A stretch of DNA of 64,000 nt from Massalongia carnosa. Its lineage: Eukaryota. The stretch is from the NCBI GenBank assembly GCA_965645245.1, contig OZ287069.1:992001-1056000 (forward strand). The letters are read 5' to 3'. Below the pieces are notes generated by a model. The model did no database searches, was not told the origin of the DNA, and saw only the letters and a list, made by a program, of their open reading frames with translations. Positions 61,693 through 64,000 of this stretch are shown here, in pieces; position 1 is the stretch's first letter; every line of letters begins with the position of its first letter. The position numbers and the translations under genes were made by a program.

Positions 61693-64000
61693 AAAAAAAG
61701 TATATTGCTGGCCCTGAGCGCCCCATTGGTTCAAAAATCATCAAAGCGTCAGTTTCACCCGTGGTTGAGTTCTGGACACGCAAAAAATACAAAATCCCTC
61801 GGACATCAAAGAGCTTAGTAAACTCATTAATCGAAAGCACAAAGACCTTTCTTTTTGGCAATTATGCCTCCTTAAGGCACTAGATGAGATTGTGCGGCAG
61901 TTGCCTCTTATTATTTAACCGGCCTAAGGCCGGTTAAATCAAATTGGAATAACCCTGCGCTCAATTTGCTTTTGGTCAATTGGACCCTTGAAAAAGCCGA
62001 AGTTGAAATTCTCATCATGGCAAACAAGCATGTTAAGCAAACAGGTTTCTCTGTTGAGACATCAGAGTGGACACTGGCTAAGGAGGGACTGTTTTTTCCT
62101 TGTCTATAAGAAAGGTCACAGATCCACATTCTTTCAGTCACTACTAAGTTTCTCGCCTTGTTCAATTGCTCCCCATTCACCCATTATGTCTATCATAGAT
62201 ACGTCACATCTTTTGGAGAAAGCCGAAAGATATTCGGCATGGGCAAGATATACGAAGGGCATTCTGCTCAAGAACAACTGCGAAGGAGCCATTCTGGAGA
62301 ATCAATCAGAAATCACCGCTGAAACCATCAAGGAAGGTTTAATACAAGCAGGCTTCGACGCCAAAGGTCTTTCAGTCAGCATCTTGGTAAAAGAACTGCG
62401 TGACTAGAAGAATAGACAGAAGGCCGAGATGACCAAGGCTATAGGAATCATTCACGGATTAGTTGCGGAGTGCCGTTACAGCCTCATCGACAACAAGAAT
62501 GCGGCAGAAATGTGGAAAATCCTGAAGGATAGATTCCAAGATATAGCACCAATGAGCATCAGCGACATCATTCTGAAGGTTAGTTCTAAGAAGATGACCG
62601 ACTTCGAGACGACCAGTCTATACTGTGCATATTACGAGAGCGCTTTAAATAAGATTAAAGGAATGCTGGACGACAAGGCCAAAGTGGATGTGCATACCGT
62701 GGAGTTTATGCTTAAGGGAATGATGCTGGGTAACACCAGACGTCTATTCCCCATTGATAGCCCAACTTCGACGAGATTGAACATACGAAACCACAAACCT
62801 GTCGGAAGCAATGAAGACCATTATTGCTTATTATGTCAACATGAAAATCACCAAGGTACTTCATATCAGCACACCTGACTCAAGAGGTCGAGCCCCATCA
62901 GGGAACTGCACCTTCTCTTAATGTGTCAAGAGAAAGAACACTCGTCATTGGCTGTATACCTGTTTGCAGAAGTTTCCACAGTTAAAAAGACATAGAAGTT
63001 CGCTCGAATCCGGAAGAGCAAAGAAACAAAAGACTACCTCGTTAGAAACGAAGGTGGACTTATCTCATACATCAACCAACATTCCAACGACCATTGACAC
63101 TCCAGATTTGAGGATGCATTTGAGCAAAGTGGATGAGGACACCTATCAAGGACTGGACGTCATTATCTGTCAAATCAAAACTCACTACATGGCATGGAAA
63201 GCTTGGTTATCTCAACATAACAACGTGTCGAAAATATCTGAAAACGCTAGACATAACGTACGATGACGATATCAACCACTGTTGGTTTTGCCATGCATGC
63301 GAAATGGGAAAAGCCAAAAAGATATACAACCGAACACGGCAAGAGAAGGCCACAGAGCTCTTTCAAAAGATAAACTCTGACCTAGTGGGACTAATCAAGC
63401 CATCAGGACTTCTTGAAGAACTTTACTTCTTCACTTTCACCTGTGATGCTAGCAGATACACTCATGTCTATACCGGACACAAGAAGAGTGAATGGTTTGA
63501 TCACTTGTTGACATACTACAGCATGGCTCAAAACAAATCCGGAAAGGCTAAACTCATAAGCAGTTTTCGCACTGACTTCGGCACGGAGCTTCGCAGTCAC
63601 AAGTCAGATGTTTGGTCCTTGGAACAAGGCATAACGTTTGAAACAGCTGCTCCATACTCTCAAGATGAAAACGGAGTCGCGGAACGAATGGGCAGAACCA
63701 TCATGGATATGACAAGATGCAGTGTCATTGCCGGAGACATTCCAGACTACTTGTGGGCAGAAGTGGTTCTAGCCATGGTTCACACCAAGAACGTCAGACC
63801 AACCAACGCCTTAGCAGGTAAAACCCCGTATGAGATCTTCGAGAAGAAGTCACCTAAGCTGGATCACCTGAGAATTCTTGGATCTACAGTCTATGCATTA
63901 ATTCACGAAGAAGAGCGAAAAGGAATAAACAGCAAGGCTGCTAAATTTTCTCCGAGGGCTCAGAAAGGAATCCTGTGTGGATATGACAGAAGCACCATCT

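Larger units (their letters stand above)
60686..64000 (+). mobile_element. Ty1/copia LTR retrotransposon, defective; continues past the window end
   Basis: LTR and PBS; gag from 62185 (YSAW.., AAEMWKILKDRF) with stops; integrase RTDFGTE, TAAPYSQDENGVAERMGRT, LWAEVV, KTPYE, HLRILGS, KFSPRAQKGILCGYD. No protease motif seen. Confidence 0.92.

Overview
Gene-dense eukaryotic DNA from a filamentous ascomycete (Pezizomycotina), inferred from short spliceosomal introns with CTRAC branch sites, fungal gene families and RIP-like CpA->TpA damage in repeats. It holds about 18 host genes: a YMC1-like mitochondrial carrier, a GT8 glycosyltransferase, MNN9, mesA/AFI1, myosin regulatory light chain, acrB, a DUF5321-like protein, separase, S-formylglutathione hydrolase, exportin-T, TFIIIA, RPB6, a SIRT4-like sirtuin, MMT2, ClpP, TAF5 and hypothetical proteins. 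Four transposon islands interrupt them: (1) a Tc1 inside the 3'UTR of a Tad1-like LINE (1-2052); (2) a LINE inside a Fot1/pogo element (21239-24609); (3) an intron-containing pogo element and a solo-LTR-like piece inside a RIP-degraded Tc1 (49098-52846); (4) the 5' part of a Ty1/copia element with a 10 x 50-bp leader array (60686-end). The most interesting unexplained signals are a 1549-nt hairpin-rich first intron of TAF5 with tandem donors, a conserved structured LINE 3'UTR, an unlisted 47-codon Cys-rich ORF, the TFIIIA-RPB6 head-to-head pair and many AAG/GC non-standard splice sites. All calls come from manual reading and recalled motifs; no searches were run, and no new system is established.
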